A stretch of DNA of 64,000 nt from Cyanophyceae cyanobacterium (GTDB taxonomy: Bacteria; Cyanobacteriota; Cyanobacteriia; Cyanobacteriales; JBHJGN01), in NCBI GenBank assembly GCA_050331735.1, contig JBHJGN010000011.1, positions 128,001 through 192,000 on the forward strand. The letters are read 5' to 3'. Positions within the stretch are counted from its first letter, which is position 1, and each line of letters begins with the position of its first letter. The position numbers were made by a program, and so were the translations under genes. The notes beneath the pieces are model-generated. The model had not been told where the DNA came from, did no database searches, and saw only the letters and a list, made by a program, of their open reading frames with translations. This document shows positions 10,529 to 20,682 of the stretch, piece by piece.

Positions 10529-11269
10529 GTGGCGCTTTCTCCTTCCCAACTGCCCGTATCTCTTCCAGATCATCGGCAACTGCCCGAATCCGATGGCACC
10601 TTCGTGAAAAACTTTCAGGAACATCCCCAGAGCCTGCTGCTCACCAGTGCTATTCGCCCTGTTCTCGATGGCCTCCATCCCGATGGTCGCTACGCGATTG
10701 GCCAAGACTGCGGCATCTACTGGCGATTAACTGAGCCACCAGAGCGGGGAGCAGAAGCGCCTGACTGGTTTTATGTACCAAACGTTCCGCCTTTGCTCAA
10801 CGGTGAACGGCGGCGTTCCTACGTCCTGTGGAACGAATTTATTGCACCGCTGATAGCGATTGAGTTTGTTTCTGGAAATGGCTCTGAAGAACGGGATACC
10901 ACTTCGCCATTTGCTAATCCTGAGTCGAAAGCGGGCAAATTTTGGGTTTACGAACAGGCTATTCGCATCCCCTTCTACGCTATCTACGAAGTCGAAAAAG
11001 CCACCGTCGAAGTCTATGAATTAATTGCCCATCGCTATTGCCGCTGCGAACCCAACGAGCGCGGTCATTATTCAATCCCACCGCTAGGAGTAGAACTGGG
11101 AATCTGGCAAGGACAGTATCTCAATCAAGCTTTTCCCTGGCTACGCTGGTGGGACCGTGAGGGAAATTTATTGCTGACAGGTGACGAACGCGCCGAGCAG
11201 GAACGGCAGCGCGCCGAGCGACTAGCAGCCAAGCTGCAAGAGCTTGGGGTTAATCCGGACGAACTCTGA
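10529..11269 (+). CDS. Uma2 (DUF820) family PD-(D/E)XK putative endonuclease
   Basis: LPDHRQLPESDGTFVKNFQEHPQS, EAPDWFYVP, IAIEFVSG and the C-terminal ERAEQERQRAERLAAKLQELGVNP tail. Confidence 0.9.
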   Translation: MALSPSQLPVSLPDHRQLPESDGTFVKNFQEHPQSLLLTSAIRPVLDGLHPDGRYAIGQDCGIYWRLTEPPERGAEAPDWFYVPNVPPLLNGERRRSYVLWNEFIAPLIAIEFVSGNGSEERDTTSPFANPESKAGKFWVYEQAIRIPFYAIYEVEKATVEVYELIAHRYCRCEPNERGHYSIPPLGVELGIWQGQYLNQAFPWLRWWDREGNLLLTGDERAEQERQRAERLAAKLQELGVNPDEL

Positions 11270-11346
11270 ATAAGGGACTGCTCCTAATCACCAGATAGAT
11301 TCAGGGGGCTCGCCTGAGCAGTATTTCTCCGGTCACTTGACTCTCT

Positions 11347-12366
11347 TTACCCGATGCCCATTAAACTGGCGATCGCTCGCCCAACATTTTGGGGCTGCAT
11401 GGCATCGGTGGCGGCGGTGGGCTCGTAGCCGCAGTGAACCATACAGTCTGCGCATTTGGGGTTACCGCTGGCGCGTCCGTAGCGGCTCCAGTCGGTTTGC
11501 TCCAGTAACTCATTAAAAGTGGTGTAATGCCCCTCATCGAGAAGATAACAGGGTTTCTGCCAGCCAAAAACGCTATAGCTTGGGCTTCCCCAGGGAGTGC
11601 ATTCGTAGTCTTTTGCGCCGATGAGAAAATCGAGAAATAACGGGTTGTGATTAAAGTTCCAGCGCTTTTTACCCGCTTTGTAAGGAGCCAAAATTTCTCG
11701 AAAGAGCGATCGCGTTTGTTCCCGTCTCAGAAAGTGTTTCTGATCCGGGGCTCGTTCGTAGCTATAGCCAGGGGAAATCATCATGCCATCGGTGCCCAGA
11801 GAGTCCAAAAAGTCGAAAAACTCCTGCATTTCTTCCGGGTCGGCTCCTGCAAACACGGTAGTATTGGTCGTAACTCGAAATCCTTTCGCTTTAGCCGCTC
11901 GAATCGCGTTAACGGCAGTATCGAATACGCCGCGACGATTAACACAGCGATCGTGCTGTTCCCGCAATCCGTCAAGATGAACGCTAAAAGTTAAATAAGG
12001 AGAAGGCTGAAATTTACCGAGGCTCTTTTCCAGCAACAAGCCATTGGTACAGAGATAAACAAACTTGCGTCGCTCTACCAACCCCTTGACAATTTCATCA
12101 ATTTGCGGGTGCAGTAAGGGTTCTCCTCCAGGAATCGACACCACAGGCGCGCCGCATTCTTCAACCGCCGCAAAGCACTGTGCAGGCGTGAGATGCTGCT
12201 GGAGAACATTCTGAGGATGTTGAATTTTACCGCAGCCAGGACAGGCAAGGTTACAGCGAAATAGCGGCTCCAGCATCAATACTAGAGGATAGCGCTGGCG
12301 ACCTTTGAGCCGCTGAGCCACAATATACTTTCCGACTTCTAGAGCTTGCTGTAACTGAATCGCCAT
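11347..12366 (-). CDS. hpnH: Adenosylhopane-forming radical SAM enzyme HpnH
   Basis: [23 protein letters not shown] (CxxxCxxC), [42 protein letters not shown]. Start placed at MAIQ (12366); the ORF track extends to 12384. Confidence 0.92.
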   Translation of the reverse strand: MAIQLQQALEVGKYIVAQRLKGRQRYPLVLMLEPLFRCNLACPGCGKIQHPQNVLQQHLTPAQCFAAVEECGAPVVSIPGGEPLLHPQIDEIVKGLVERRKFVYLCTNGLLLEKSLGKFQPSPYLTFSVHLDGLREQHDRCVNRRGVFDTAVNAIRAAKAKGFRVTTNTTVFAGADPEEMQEFFDFLDSLGTDGMMISPGYSYERAPDQKHFLRREQTRSLFREILAPYKAGKKRWNFNHNPLFLDFLIGAKDYECTPWGSPSYSVFGWQKPCYLLDEGHYTTFNELLEQTDWSRYGRASGNPKCADCMVHCGYEPTAATDAMQPQNVGRAIASLMGIG

Positions 12367-12424
12367 TGTTGCCACACTCTTCACTGTTCATCTCAGATTA
12401 TAGAGCGCCTTCTGGCTTCGTTGT

Positions 12425-12892
12425 CTACGTAGATTGAGGACCAATATTAGTCACGGTGCTGCTGATAAAGGCAATTTTCTTTTGAAGTTCTAAAGTCTTG
12501 AGCTGTTCTAGTAATTCCTCAGCTTGAGACGACAGCTTGTAGTTGAAAGGAATGTTGACGGTTGAGCCGGATTCTACAGCTTGGGCGAGGAAATACCAAA
12601 AATAGAGCTTGCCCTCGTCACTTAAAGAGCGGTATTCTTCCCCTACCTCTGTATCAGCGCCTTCTACTAGATGCCGCAGTGCCTGTAGCTGTTCCTCGGC
12701 TGGCTTTTGTTTAACCCGCTCAACCAAACTAGAAGCAATATCATCTCCCGTCATGTCCTCACTCCCAAGACTGACTGTTTCTTTGATGTCGGCGAAAAGC
12801 TGCCACAGTAGAGCAAGCTGACTATCGACATCCATCACTTTCAGAGCCTGTATTGCTTGGTCTAAATGGTCAGCTATATTCTGAATAGTCAT
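12425..12892 (-). CDS. Orange carotenoid protein N-terminal-domain homologue (helical carotenoid protein, HCP)
   Basis: LKVMDVDSQLALLWQLF, EEQLQALRHLV...T.VGEEYRSLSDEGKLYFWYFLAQ..., IPFNYKLS; no C-terminal NTF2 domain. Start placed at MTIQ. Confidence 0.85.
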   Translation of the reverse strand: MTIQNIADHLDQAIQALKVMDVDSQLALLWQLFADIKETVSLGSEDMTGDDIASSLVERVKQKPAEEQLQALRHLVEGADTEVGEEYRSLSDEGKLYFWYFLAQAVESGSTVNIPFNYKLSSQAEELLEQLKTLELQKKIAFISSTVTNIGPQST

Positions 12893-13153
12893 CAACAATT
12901 TCCTTGGATTCTTCAATGTGTATCAGTGTGTCAAAAATAGCCATGCTCAGACACTAACCAGAGAGAGAATTGAGTCAAACTCTACAGAGTAATACAGGAA
13001 CGCGACGGGAGCCGAGCGGTTGATCGTGGCGATCGCCTGCTCCAAATTAGGTCAACAATCGTCTCTGGGCCGATGTAAAATCTAAAGTCTGACAACTAAG
13101 ATGGCGAAGGATAATAGTTGCCAGCAGCCGTTATCAGAGGAGTCGTCTATTCC

Positions 13154-15496
13154 ATGCCCATGCCAGAAACTAATCAATTTGTCCCGGCCCAAGAACTGCC
13201 TTGGTCTACCCTTGGGGCTGTACAAAGCGTTCATCAACACCAGCAGCAGATTGACATCGCCTGTGGTGGTTCTCGGCTGCGAGTGAGCGTCCTCGCCTCA
13301 AATCTGGTGCGGGTGCGGATCGCTCCTTCAGGAGAATTTCAGTCCCGTCGTTCTTGGGCAGTAGCCCAAGCGGATAGCAACTGGGGTGCTGTCCCGTTTG
13401 AGCTTGATGAGACGGCAAGCAGTATCACAATTAAGACCGCAGCGTTCCGCCTCGAAATCGAGCGCGAGTCCTGTCAAATTAGCTGCTACGACAATGACAA
13501 TCGTCCCTTTGCTCAAGACCGGTGGTTAAACGTCGCCTGGCGCACTGGAAAAATTGCCTGCTGGAAGCGCATTGAAGCGGACGAACATTTTTATGGACTG
13601 GGCGAACCAACTGGAGGACTCGATCAGCTTGGGACAAGGCGCATTCAATGGTCGGTCGATGCCCTCGACTATACCGTGTTAACCGATGCTATGTATACCA
13701 ACATTCCGGTGCTGATGGCGTTGCGCCCAGAGCTAGCCTACGGGGTGTTTCTCAACACTACATTTTGGAGCCAATTCGATCTGGGTTCCCAAGAACCAAG
13801 GCTGTGGCGCATGGAAACTGAAAGTAGCGAACTCGATTACTACATTATCTACGGTCCTGAACCCGCTCAAATCCTACATACCTACACTAAACTGACCGGA
13901 CGGATGCCGATGCCGCCTCGCTGGGCGTTAGGGTATCATCAGTGTCGCTGGAGCTACGACCGCGAAGAGGTGGTCTATGAGCTAGCCGAGGAATTTCGGG
14001 CGCGTCGTCTTCCCTGCGATGTTGTTCACCTCGACATTGACTACATGCAGGGCTATCGAGTATTTACCTGGGATGAAGAACGCTTTCCTTACCCCGATAA
14101 ACTGATTCAGTCCCTTGCCCAAGATGGCTTCAAAACCGTCGTCATCAACGATCCGGGCGTAAAGTACGAACCCGAACAAGAATACTTCGTACTTAAGCAA
14201 GGGTTAAAAAACAACTACTTTGTCACCGAAAAGAACGGACAATATTTCCATAGCTATGCTTGGGCAGATCGCTCGCTGTTTCCAGACTTTCTGCGTCCGG
14301 AAGTGCGGCAGTGGTGGGGCGAACTTCAGCACCATCTCACGGACGTTGGGGTAGCGGGCATCTGGAACGATATGAACGAACCGTCAATCGCTGATCGCCC
14401 GTTTGGAGATGACGGCAACAAAATTGCCTTTCCCCTCGACGCTCCCCAAGGACCGACAGACGAGCGCACCAACCACGCTGAAACCCACAATCTCTACGGG
14501 CAGATGATGGCTCGCGCCTGTCGTGAAGGATTGCAGCGCTTACGCCCTCAATCGCGCTCGTTTGTGCTTACTCGTTCGGGAACCGCTGGCATTCAGCGCT
14601 GGTCCGCCGTGTGGACCGGGGACAATCAATCGCTCTGGGAGTACCTAGAAATGTCCCTGCCTCAGCTTTGCAATCTGGGGCTATCGGGAGTGTCTTTTAC
14701 CGGCGCAGACATCGGTGGCTTTGCCGGTAACGCCACGGCAGAACTGTTTGCTCGCTGGATTCAGATTGGAATGCTCTACCCAATGATGCGCGGTCACTCG
14801 ATGGCGGGAACCGAACAGCACGAACCCTGGATTTTTGGGGAAAGAGTCGAAAATATCTGTCGCGAATACCTGGAACTGCGCTATCGTCTGCTGCCTTACC
14901 TCTACACTCTATTTTGGCAGTCGGCCACCACGGGAGCGCCAATTATCAGACCATTGCTATATCACTATCCTAACGATCCGCAGACCTACACGCTCTCCGA
15001 TCAGGTGATGCTCGGTTCTTGCCTCATGGCGGCTCCGATTTATCGACCGGGCAGCGAGCATCGTGCCGTTTATCTTCCCCAGGGAACGTGGTACGACTGG
15101 TGGAGCGGTCAATCATATCAGGGTCCAACACACATTTTGGCCCATGCTCCCCTTGAGCGAATGCCGCTATACGCTCCGGCTGGCAGCATCATTCCTCTCG
15201 GACCGGTCATGCAGCACACTAGCGAGCGCTCTCTAGACGAACTAATTCTAAAAGTGTATCCGGGAACCGGAATCGCCACTCTGTATGAAGATGACGGAGA
15301 GAGTTTTGAGTACCAGCAGGGCGCTTGGGCAACAACCGCTTACCGCGTTTACCAAGAAGACCAGTGGTGCGTTGAAGTCGAAGCACGGCAAGGGCAGTGG
15401 ACTCCTCCCCAACGCCAGGTTCAAGTCGAACTAGTCGGCATTGGCGAGCAAACTTTTACAGATGATGGCACGGCTCGACGACTGAGCTTTACCTAA
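13154..15496 (+). CDS. Glycoside hydrolase family 31 (alpha-glucosidase)
   Basis: LTGRMPMPPRWALGYHQCRWSY, HLDIDYM, GIWNDMNEP (nucleophile), WTGDN (acid/base), GADIGGF, LYEDDG. Start at the first ATG. Confidence 0.95.
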   Translation: MPMPETNQFVPAQELPWSTLGAVQSVHQHQQQIDIACGGSRLRVSVLASNLVRVRIAPSGEFQSRRSWAVAQADSNWGAVPFELDETASSITIKTAAFRLEIERESCQISCYDNDNRPFAQDRWLNVAWRTGKIACWKRIEADEHFYGLGEPTGGLDQLGTRRIQWSVDALDYTVLTDAMYTNIPVLMALRPELAYGVFLNTTFWSQFDLGSQEPRLWRMETESSELDYYIIYGPEPAQILHTYTKLTGRMPMPPRWALGYHQCRWSYDREEVVYELAEEFRARRLPCDVVHLDIDYMQGYRVFTWDEERFPYPDKLIQSLAQDGFKTVVINDPGVKYEPEQEYFVLKQGLKNNYFVTEKNGQYFHSYAWADRSLFPDFLRPEVRQWWGELQHHLTDVGVAGIWNDMNEPSIADRPFGDDGNKIAFPLDAPQGPTDERTNHAETHNLYGQMMARACREGLQRLRPQSRSFVLTRSGTAGIQRWSAVWTGDNQSLWEYLEMSLPQLCNLGLSGVSFTGADIGGFAGNATAELFARWIQIGMLYPMMRGHSMAGTEQHEPWIFGERVENICREYLELRYRLLPYLYTLFWQSATTGAPIIRPLLYHYPNDPQTYTLSDQVMLGSCLMAAPIYRPGSEHRAVYLPQGTWYDWWSGQSYQGPTHILAHAPLERMPLYAPAGSIIPLGPVMQHTSERSLDELILKVYPGTGIATLYEDDGESFEYQQGAWATTAYRVYQEDQWCVEVEARQGQWTPPQRQVQVELVGIGEQTFTDDGTARRLSFT

Positions 15497-15638
15497 AATT
15501 ACTGCTTCAGCTTACTGAAACAGTAGTATCAACGAGCATAATCAAATCACGATAAAGGTACGATAGTATCGGCTAGTCAATGATTGAAAATCCTAGCAAT
15601 ATAAAATTTTTAGCTTAGCAATGGGATGGATTGAACCA

Positions 15639-16060
15639 TTGACGCACTCCCACCGATAAATCGAGTGGGATTCGGCGATCCTGGCGTAGATTGCTGCGGT
15701 CCGGCAGTCTGACATCTACTCTCACCCTAGACAACGCCCTGCCTAGTTGGACTAATCCAAACAACCAGAACTGGTTTTCTTTCTTTAGGCATCGTAGAAC
15801 ACATTGAACCTCTGCTATTACCGCATGACGGTTCGTTTGATCCCAGTTAAACTACTTTGCGATATTCTCACAGTGCGTTCAAAGTTTCACCGAGATAACT
15901 GCTAGCTAGAAGCCGCTAATTTGATTAAATCGGAGAATTTAGGAGTATTCTTCGATGAAGTAGCTTATAATTAAAACTTTCCCCGGCATTTTTTCTGCTG
16001 CTAGCTCGTTTTTCCACCCACGGCTGAAGCGCGTGGGCTGTCAAACTGCGACGGTTCTTG
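15639..16060 (-). mobile_element. Non-autonomous IS200/IS605-family derivative (MITE/PATE-like) with both subterminal hairpins and no intact tnpA/tnpB
   Basis: The minus strand ends GAAT-CCCACTCGATTTATCGGTGGG-AGTGCG-TCAA (15673-15639), the IS608-type right end: GAAT guide, hairpin, TCAA cut site. A second hairpin CCCACGCGCTTCAGCCGTGGG at 16017-16037 is the left end. The left boundary is approximate. Confidence 0.75.
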
Positions 16061-16062
16061 TA

Positions 16063-16509
16063 TCTATTGCTGTCAAAGCAGCTTCTTTAGTCAGTGATCT
16101 TCCTTTTCTACTTGTTGAAGGATTAGACAAGACACCGCAATCAGTTTTATCAGCCAATAAAAATTATTGTGCTGTTTTAGCATCCGAGAGCGTCGTTCGT
16201 GCTGTACAACCCAATTTCAGTCTGCTTGAGCAACTTCACCCCTATGGAGTTGTGGTAACAGCACCAGGAGATGAGGTGGATTTTGTCTCTCGCTACTTTG
16301 CTCGTAGCTACGGTGCTCCCGAAGATCCAGTGACGGGTTCAACCCACTGAACCCTAGTTCCTTATTGGGCAGAACGTTTAGGAAAAACCAAATTACACGC
16401 TCGGCAAGTTTCCCGTCGCGGTGGGGAATTGTACTGTGAAGCTCTCCAAGATAGAGTCGCAATTTCAGGTCGCGCGGTGCGCTATCTCGACGGATACATT
16501 TACATTTAG
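16063..16509 (+). pseudogene. PhzF-family isomerase/epimerase pseudogene (5'-truncated, internal TGA)
   Basis: ...GVVVTAPGDEVDFVSRYFA...PEDPVTGSTH*TLVPYWAERLGK..LHARQVSRRGGELYC...RVAISGRAV in one frame. The stop at 16348-16350 replaces the Cys of EDPVTGSAHC, and the N-terminal half is missing next to the IS remnant. Confidence 0.88.
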
Positions 16510-16580
16510 TAAAGCAGGAAGTTTTAAGGGGTGATAATTAGAGACACTTTGAATGAATTTAATAGAGGTTGAGTATAGAC

Positions 16581-17534
16581 ATGCAGACAATTACTGGTTC
16601 CCTGGTTGCCCTCGTCACTCCGTTCAACGACGACCTAGAGCAAACGGTCAACTTCGATAAGCTCGAAGAGTTAATCCACTATCACGCTGATAGCGGCACG
16701 AGTGCGGTTGTCGTTTGTGGAACGACAGGGGAATCGCCGACCTTGAGTCATCAAGAACACGAACAGGTGGTTTCCAAAGCAACTCAGGTAGCCAAAGCCA
16801 GAGGGGTTAAAATTATTGCGGGTACGGGGTCCAATTCCACTAAAGAGGCGGTCAGATTTACTGCTCATGCTGCTGAAATGGGAGTAGATGCCTGCCTTGT
16901 TGTGACTCCCTATTACAACAAACCAACGCCAGCAGGGTTAATGGCGCATTTTCGGGAGTTAGACCGCATTGGTGTTCCTCTGATTGCCTACAATATTCCC
17001 GGACGCACCGGAATCAACATTGCGCCTCATACCTTTATTGAACTCGTTCATGCTTGCGAAAATATTGTTGGTCTCAAAGCTTCTAATGGCAATCTAGACG
17101 AGATTACCGAGACGGCTTACTTGCTGAGGAGTTTGCCGCGCACCTGTGCGATTTATTCTGGGGATGATTCTCTCACTCTACCGATTCTAGCGGTGGGGGG
17201 GGTTGGCGTGATTTCCGTAATTGCCAACGTACTGCCCAAAACCATGTCGCAATTGGTTCAGGAGTACCAAAGTCAACATACAGAGAGCGCTCGCACAATT
17301 GCCCAAAATCTTCACCTCTTCTGTCGTTCTCTGCTCAAAGTTGGGGCTAATCCTTCTCCAATTAAGGCGGTCATGAATATGGCGGGGATGCAGGTTGGCT
17401 CTGTCCGCAAACCTTTAGTCGATATTTCGCCTGAGCAAGCAGCGCTACTAGCAACTCAAAGCAAAAAGATGGCGGAAGATTTTGCCAATAGCAATCTTGA
17501 CTATGAAGGGTTGAATTTAACTCCTCCTCAGTGA
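16581..17534 (+). CDS. dapA: 4-hydroxy-tetrahydrodipicolinate synthase (DapA family)
   Basis: GSLVALVTPF, CGTTGESPTLS, IAGTGSNST, VTPYYNKP, YNIPGRTG, GLK (Schiff-base Lys), YSGDD. An alternative TTG start is at 16569. Confidence 0.88.
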   Translation: MQTITGSLVALVTPFNDDLEQTVNFDKLEELIHYHADSGTSAVVVCGTTGESPTLSHQEHEQVVSKATQVAKARGVKIIAGTGSNSTKEAVRFTAHAAEMGVDACLVVTPYYNKPTPAGLMAHFRELDRIGVPLIAYNIPGRTGINIAPHTFIELVHACENIVGLKASNGNLDEITETAYLLRSLPRTCAIYSGDDSLTLPILAVGGVGVISVIANVLPKTMSQLVQEYQSQHTESARTIAQNLHLFCRSLLKVGANPSPIKAVMNMAGMQVGSVRKPLVDISPEQAALLATQSKKMAEDFANSNLDYEGLNLTPPQ

Positions 17535-18655
17535 ATCCGATGAAGCTACCTGCGTTTAAATTAGAGAGATACTTTGCCCAGTATGAATTTAAAGCACCAT
17601 ACCTCCTCTGTAGCTCTGATTGTGAATCGATGTCAATTGACGAACTCCTGAGCTTTGAGCCAGGTGCAGAGCAGGCTTTCAAACAGCAGTGGCTTGGCTA
17701 TACCGAAAGCGCTGGTAGTCCACAACTCCGTTCCCGAATTGCTCGCGCTTATCAGAGTATTGAGGCAGATGAGGTTCTCGTTCATGCTGGCGCAGAGGAA
17801 GCTATCTTTATCTTTATGAATGTGGCACTTGAGCCGGAAGACCATATCATCGTGCATTTTCCCTGCTATCCCTCCTTGAGAGAGATTGCTCAGTCAGTGG
17901 GATGCGAGGTCACGTTATGGGAAACAAACGAGGAAAATAGTTGGGAGCTGGATCTAGAGTTCCTCCAGCGAAGGATTCAAACTAATACCCAAGCGATTAT
18001 TATTAACTGTCCTCACAATCCCACAGGCTACGTGATGAGCCAGGACAAGCTAGAGGAGCTGGTGGCGATCGCCCGCTCTGACAATATCCTGCTCTTCTCC
18101 GATGAAGTATACCGTTTTTTGGAGCGAGAAGAAACTCTCCCCGCCGCCTGTGACCTGTACGAACAGGCCGTCTCTTTGGGGGTGATGTCGAAAACCTACG
18201 GATTAGCTGGCTTACGCATTGGCTGGATTGCCACTCGTAACCGAGATATCTATCAGAGAATGGCGGCTTTTAAAGATTACACTTCTATCTGCAATAGTGC
18301 GCCAAGCGAATTTTTAGCCACCGTTGCTCTTAAGCACAAAGAAGCAATTATTCAGAGAAATCGGTCGATTATTGCGGATAATCTCCAACTGCTGGAGACT
18401 TTTTTCGCTCAATACTCTAATGTTTTTCGCTGGAATCCCCCCCAAGGAGGGTCAACCGCTTTTCCTCGTTTGCAAACGGATATTGGCGTTGAAGAGTTCT
18501 GCCACAATCTCGTTACTCAAACAGGAGTGTTGCTGCTTCCCAGCACCTGCTTCGACTACGGTAATCAGCACTTTCGTCTAGGATTGGGACGCAAAAACTT
18601 GCCGGAGTGTTTGGAAAAGCTGGCAGAGTATCTTGAAGATGGGGAGATCCCGTAA
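17531..18655 (+). CDS. PLP-dependent aminotransferase class I/II
   Basis: FKLERYFAQYEF, LGYTESAGSPQLR, NCPHNPTG, FSDEVYR, MSKTYGLAGLRIGW; GTGA overlap with the dapA stop. Confidence 0.92.
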   Translation: MNPMKLPAFKLERYFAQYEFKAPYLLCSSDCESMSIDELLSFEPGAEQAFKQQWLGYTESAGSPQLRSRIARAYQSIEADEVLVHAGAEEAIFIFMNVALEPEDHIIVHFPCYPSLREIAQSVGCEVTLWETNEENSWELDLEFLQRRIQTNTQAIIINCPHNPTGYVMSQDKLEELVAIARSDNILLFSDEVYRFLEREETLPAACDLYEQAVSLGVMSKTYGLAGLRIGWIATRNRDIYQRMAAFKDYTSICNSAPSEFLATVALKHKEAIIQRNRSIIADNLQLLETFFAQYSNVFRWNPPQGGSTAFPRLQTDIGVEEFCHNLVTQTGVLLLPSTCFDYGNQHFRLGLGRKNLPECLEKLAEYLEDGEIP

Positions 18656-18670
18656 ACAGGAGTAGACTCC

Positions 18671-19369
18671 TTACTCTATCGGCGCTACTTCGATAAATGT
18701 CTCCGGCGGATAGGTTTCAGCACTGATGCAGGCTTCCATCGCATCGGCAGGAGCTAAATCAGGAATGCCCTGACTTAAGCCCACAACACAGTCTGAGTGT
18801 CGTTCCGGTAGTATACTGCGACGGCAGGTATTTAGGGCCAGTAAAGTGATCGGCTGAATTAGCTCATTGAGCGTTTCTGTTGCCACACCTACGCTAGGAG
18901 CAGCTTCTTCAACTGTATCCTCGGCTGTATCAGTACCATCCTCATCCTCGACTGTATCAGAGCCGTTTTCAGGAACAATGTCCTCCTCACTATCGGGAAC
19001 CTCTGTAGTCGGAGGAGCGTTAATGGTTGAAATCCTGACGACGTAGGGCTCTAATACGTCTTGACGAATATCGACGACGCACTCTGCTAATTCAATCGGT
19101 CGTCTGTCTCGATAGCAGGCTTCTAAGGCTTCGTCAGCACTGATAAACGTTCTCGATTGAATTTCTAAGACGCATTCGGCTAATACTTCTGGCTCTAGGG
19201 CTTCTGCACAGGCAACGGCAGCGGTTTCCCCAGATACTCCGCTATTCAAAAGCTCTCTGGAACAGTCATCGAAACTTGCCTGGGCAGGATAACGAGGCAG
19301 TGCTAACGCCAGTAATCCTAGCCCTAAAGGGACTATTGCTGTTGAGCGCATCCAGCCTAAATGCATCAT
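18671..19369 (-). CDS. Conserved exported Cys-repeat hypothetical protein
   Basis: Signal peptide (AQA) and repeated C..R.P..LAECV..I units interrupted by an acidic linker. Confidence 0.75.
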   Translation of the reverse strand: MMHLGWMRSTAIVPLGLGLLALALPRYPAQASFDDCSRELLNSGVSGETAAVACAEALEPEVLAECVLEIQSRTFISADEALEACYRDRRPIELAECVVDIRQDVLEPYVVRISTINAPPTTEVPDSEEDIVPENGSDTVEDEDGTDTAEDTVEEAAPSVGVATETLNELIQPITLLALNTCRRSILPERHSDCVVGLSQGIPDLAPADAMEACISAETYPPETFIEVAPIE

Positions 19370-19446
19370 GATTGAGGACGACGAAGACGAATAGGGTACA
19401 GCTTTAAACTATACCCTGTTTTGCGATCATTTATGCTGGCTCTGCT

Positions 19447-20619
19447 TCAGTATTCTGGAACCGAGGAATCAATTTCCCGGCTCCAAGCTGTAATCCCGCC
19501 TCTAACGTTCGTTCCTTCAATGCCAGCCTGTTTGAGAATCCCGAGCGCTTTAGCAGAACGCCCGCCCATTTTACAGTGAGCGACAAGGCGATGACCGTTC
19601 ACTAACTCTCTCACTTTCTCGATTCCTGAACCACTTTCAATATCTGGCAGCGGAACCAAAACAGAACCAGGAATGCTGGCAATTTCGTACTCATTCGGGT
19701 TGCGGACATCTAACAGCACTAAGTTATCAGCATCGTGCTCTAGTAGCTCTTTCAACTCCTGGACCGTCATTTCTGGGATCGCCATTTGCTGTTTAGCCTC
19801 CTCTGCTTTAGCTTGGGGAATGCCGCAAAACTGTTCGTAATCAACGAGCTTTTCAATAACGGGACGCTCGGGATTGGGACGCAGCTTCAGCTCGCGGAAC
19901 TTCATGTCTAGGGCATTGTATAGCAGCAAACGACCGCTGAGGGTGTTTTCTGCCCCTAAGATAATTTTGATCGTTTCTGTCGCCTGGATAGAGCCAATGA
20001 TGCCACACAATACGCCAAGAACACCTCCTTCAGCGCAGGAGGGAACCATTCCTGGCGGCGGCGGCTCTGGGAATAAGTCGCGGTAGTTGGGTCCATCTTG
20101 GTAGTTAAAGACCGTCGCCTGACCTTCAAAGCGGAAAATCGACCCGTAAACGTTAGGCTTGTTGAGCAGGACGCAGGCATCGTTAGTTAGGTAGCGAGTG
20201 GGAAAGTTGTCGGTCCCGTCAACGACAACATCGTAGGGAGCGAGGATATCGAGGGCGTTTTCAGAGGTCAGACGAGTTTCATAAAGGTCTACCTGGCAGG
20301 CGGGATTGATTTCGAGAATACGGTTTTTCGCTGATTCGATCTTAGGCTTGTCCACCCAGGAAGACCCGTGAATGATTTGACGCTGTAAGTTGGAGCTATC
20401 CACCACATCAAAATCGACGATACCGATCCTGCCGATTCCAGCAGCGGCCAAATACAGCAGCAGCGGAGAACCCAGTCCTCCCGTGCCAATACAAACGACG
20501 CTGGCAGCTTTGAGGCGCTTTTGCCCGTCTAACCCCACCTCTGGCAAAATAATATGGCGCGAGTAGCGCTGGTATTCTTCTTTAGAGAGTTCGATGTCAT
20601 CCAGATTAGGATTAAGCAT
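19447..20619 (-). CDS. moeB: MoeB/ThiF adenylyltransferase fused to rhodanese (MoeZ type)
   Basis: RYSRHIILPEVG, IGTGGLGSP, SNLQRQ, DGTDNF, SCAEGGVLG and a C-terminal rhodanese (DVRNPNEY, HCKMGGRS). Start at MLNPN. Confidence 0.94.
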   Translation of the reverse strand: MLNPNLDDIELSKEEYQRYSRHIILPEVGLDGQKRLKAASVVCIGTGGLGSPLLLYLAAAGIGRIGIVDFDVVDSSNLQRQIIHGSSWVDKPKIESAKNRILEINPACQVDLYETRLTSENALDILAPYDVVVDGTDNFPTRYLTNDACVLLNKPNVYGSIFRFEGQATVFNYQDGPNYRDLFPEPPPPGMVPSCAEGGVLGVLCGIIGSIQATETIKIILGAENTLSGRLLLYNALDMKFRELKLRPNPERPVIEKLVDYEQFCGIPQAKAEEAKQQMAIPEMTVQELKELLEHDADNLVLLDVRNPNEYEIASIPGSVLVPLPDIESGSGIEKVRELVNGHRLVAHCKMGGRSAKALGILKQAGIEGTNVRGGITAWSREIDSSVPEY

Positions 20620-20682
20620 AGCTATTACATCTGAATCGATCAGGCTTTTGATAGTCAAGAAAATGTATTGTAATCTTTTCCC

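Noticed and set aside
16348..16385. In-frame TGA at a conserved Cys position of PhzF followed by a weak hairpin (possible selenocysteine recoding)
   Set aside because: The gene also lacks its N-terminal half, the hairpin is weak, and Sec machinery is not expected in cyanobacteria. A nonsense mutation in a pseudogene is the simpler explanation.
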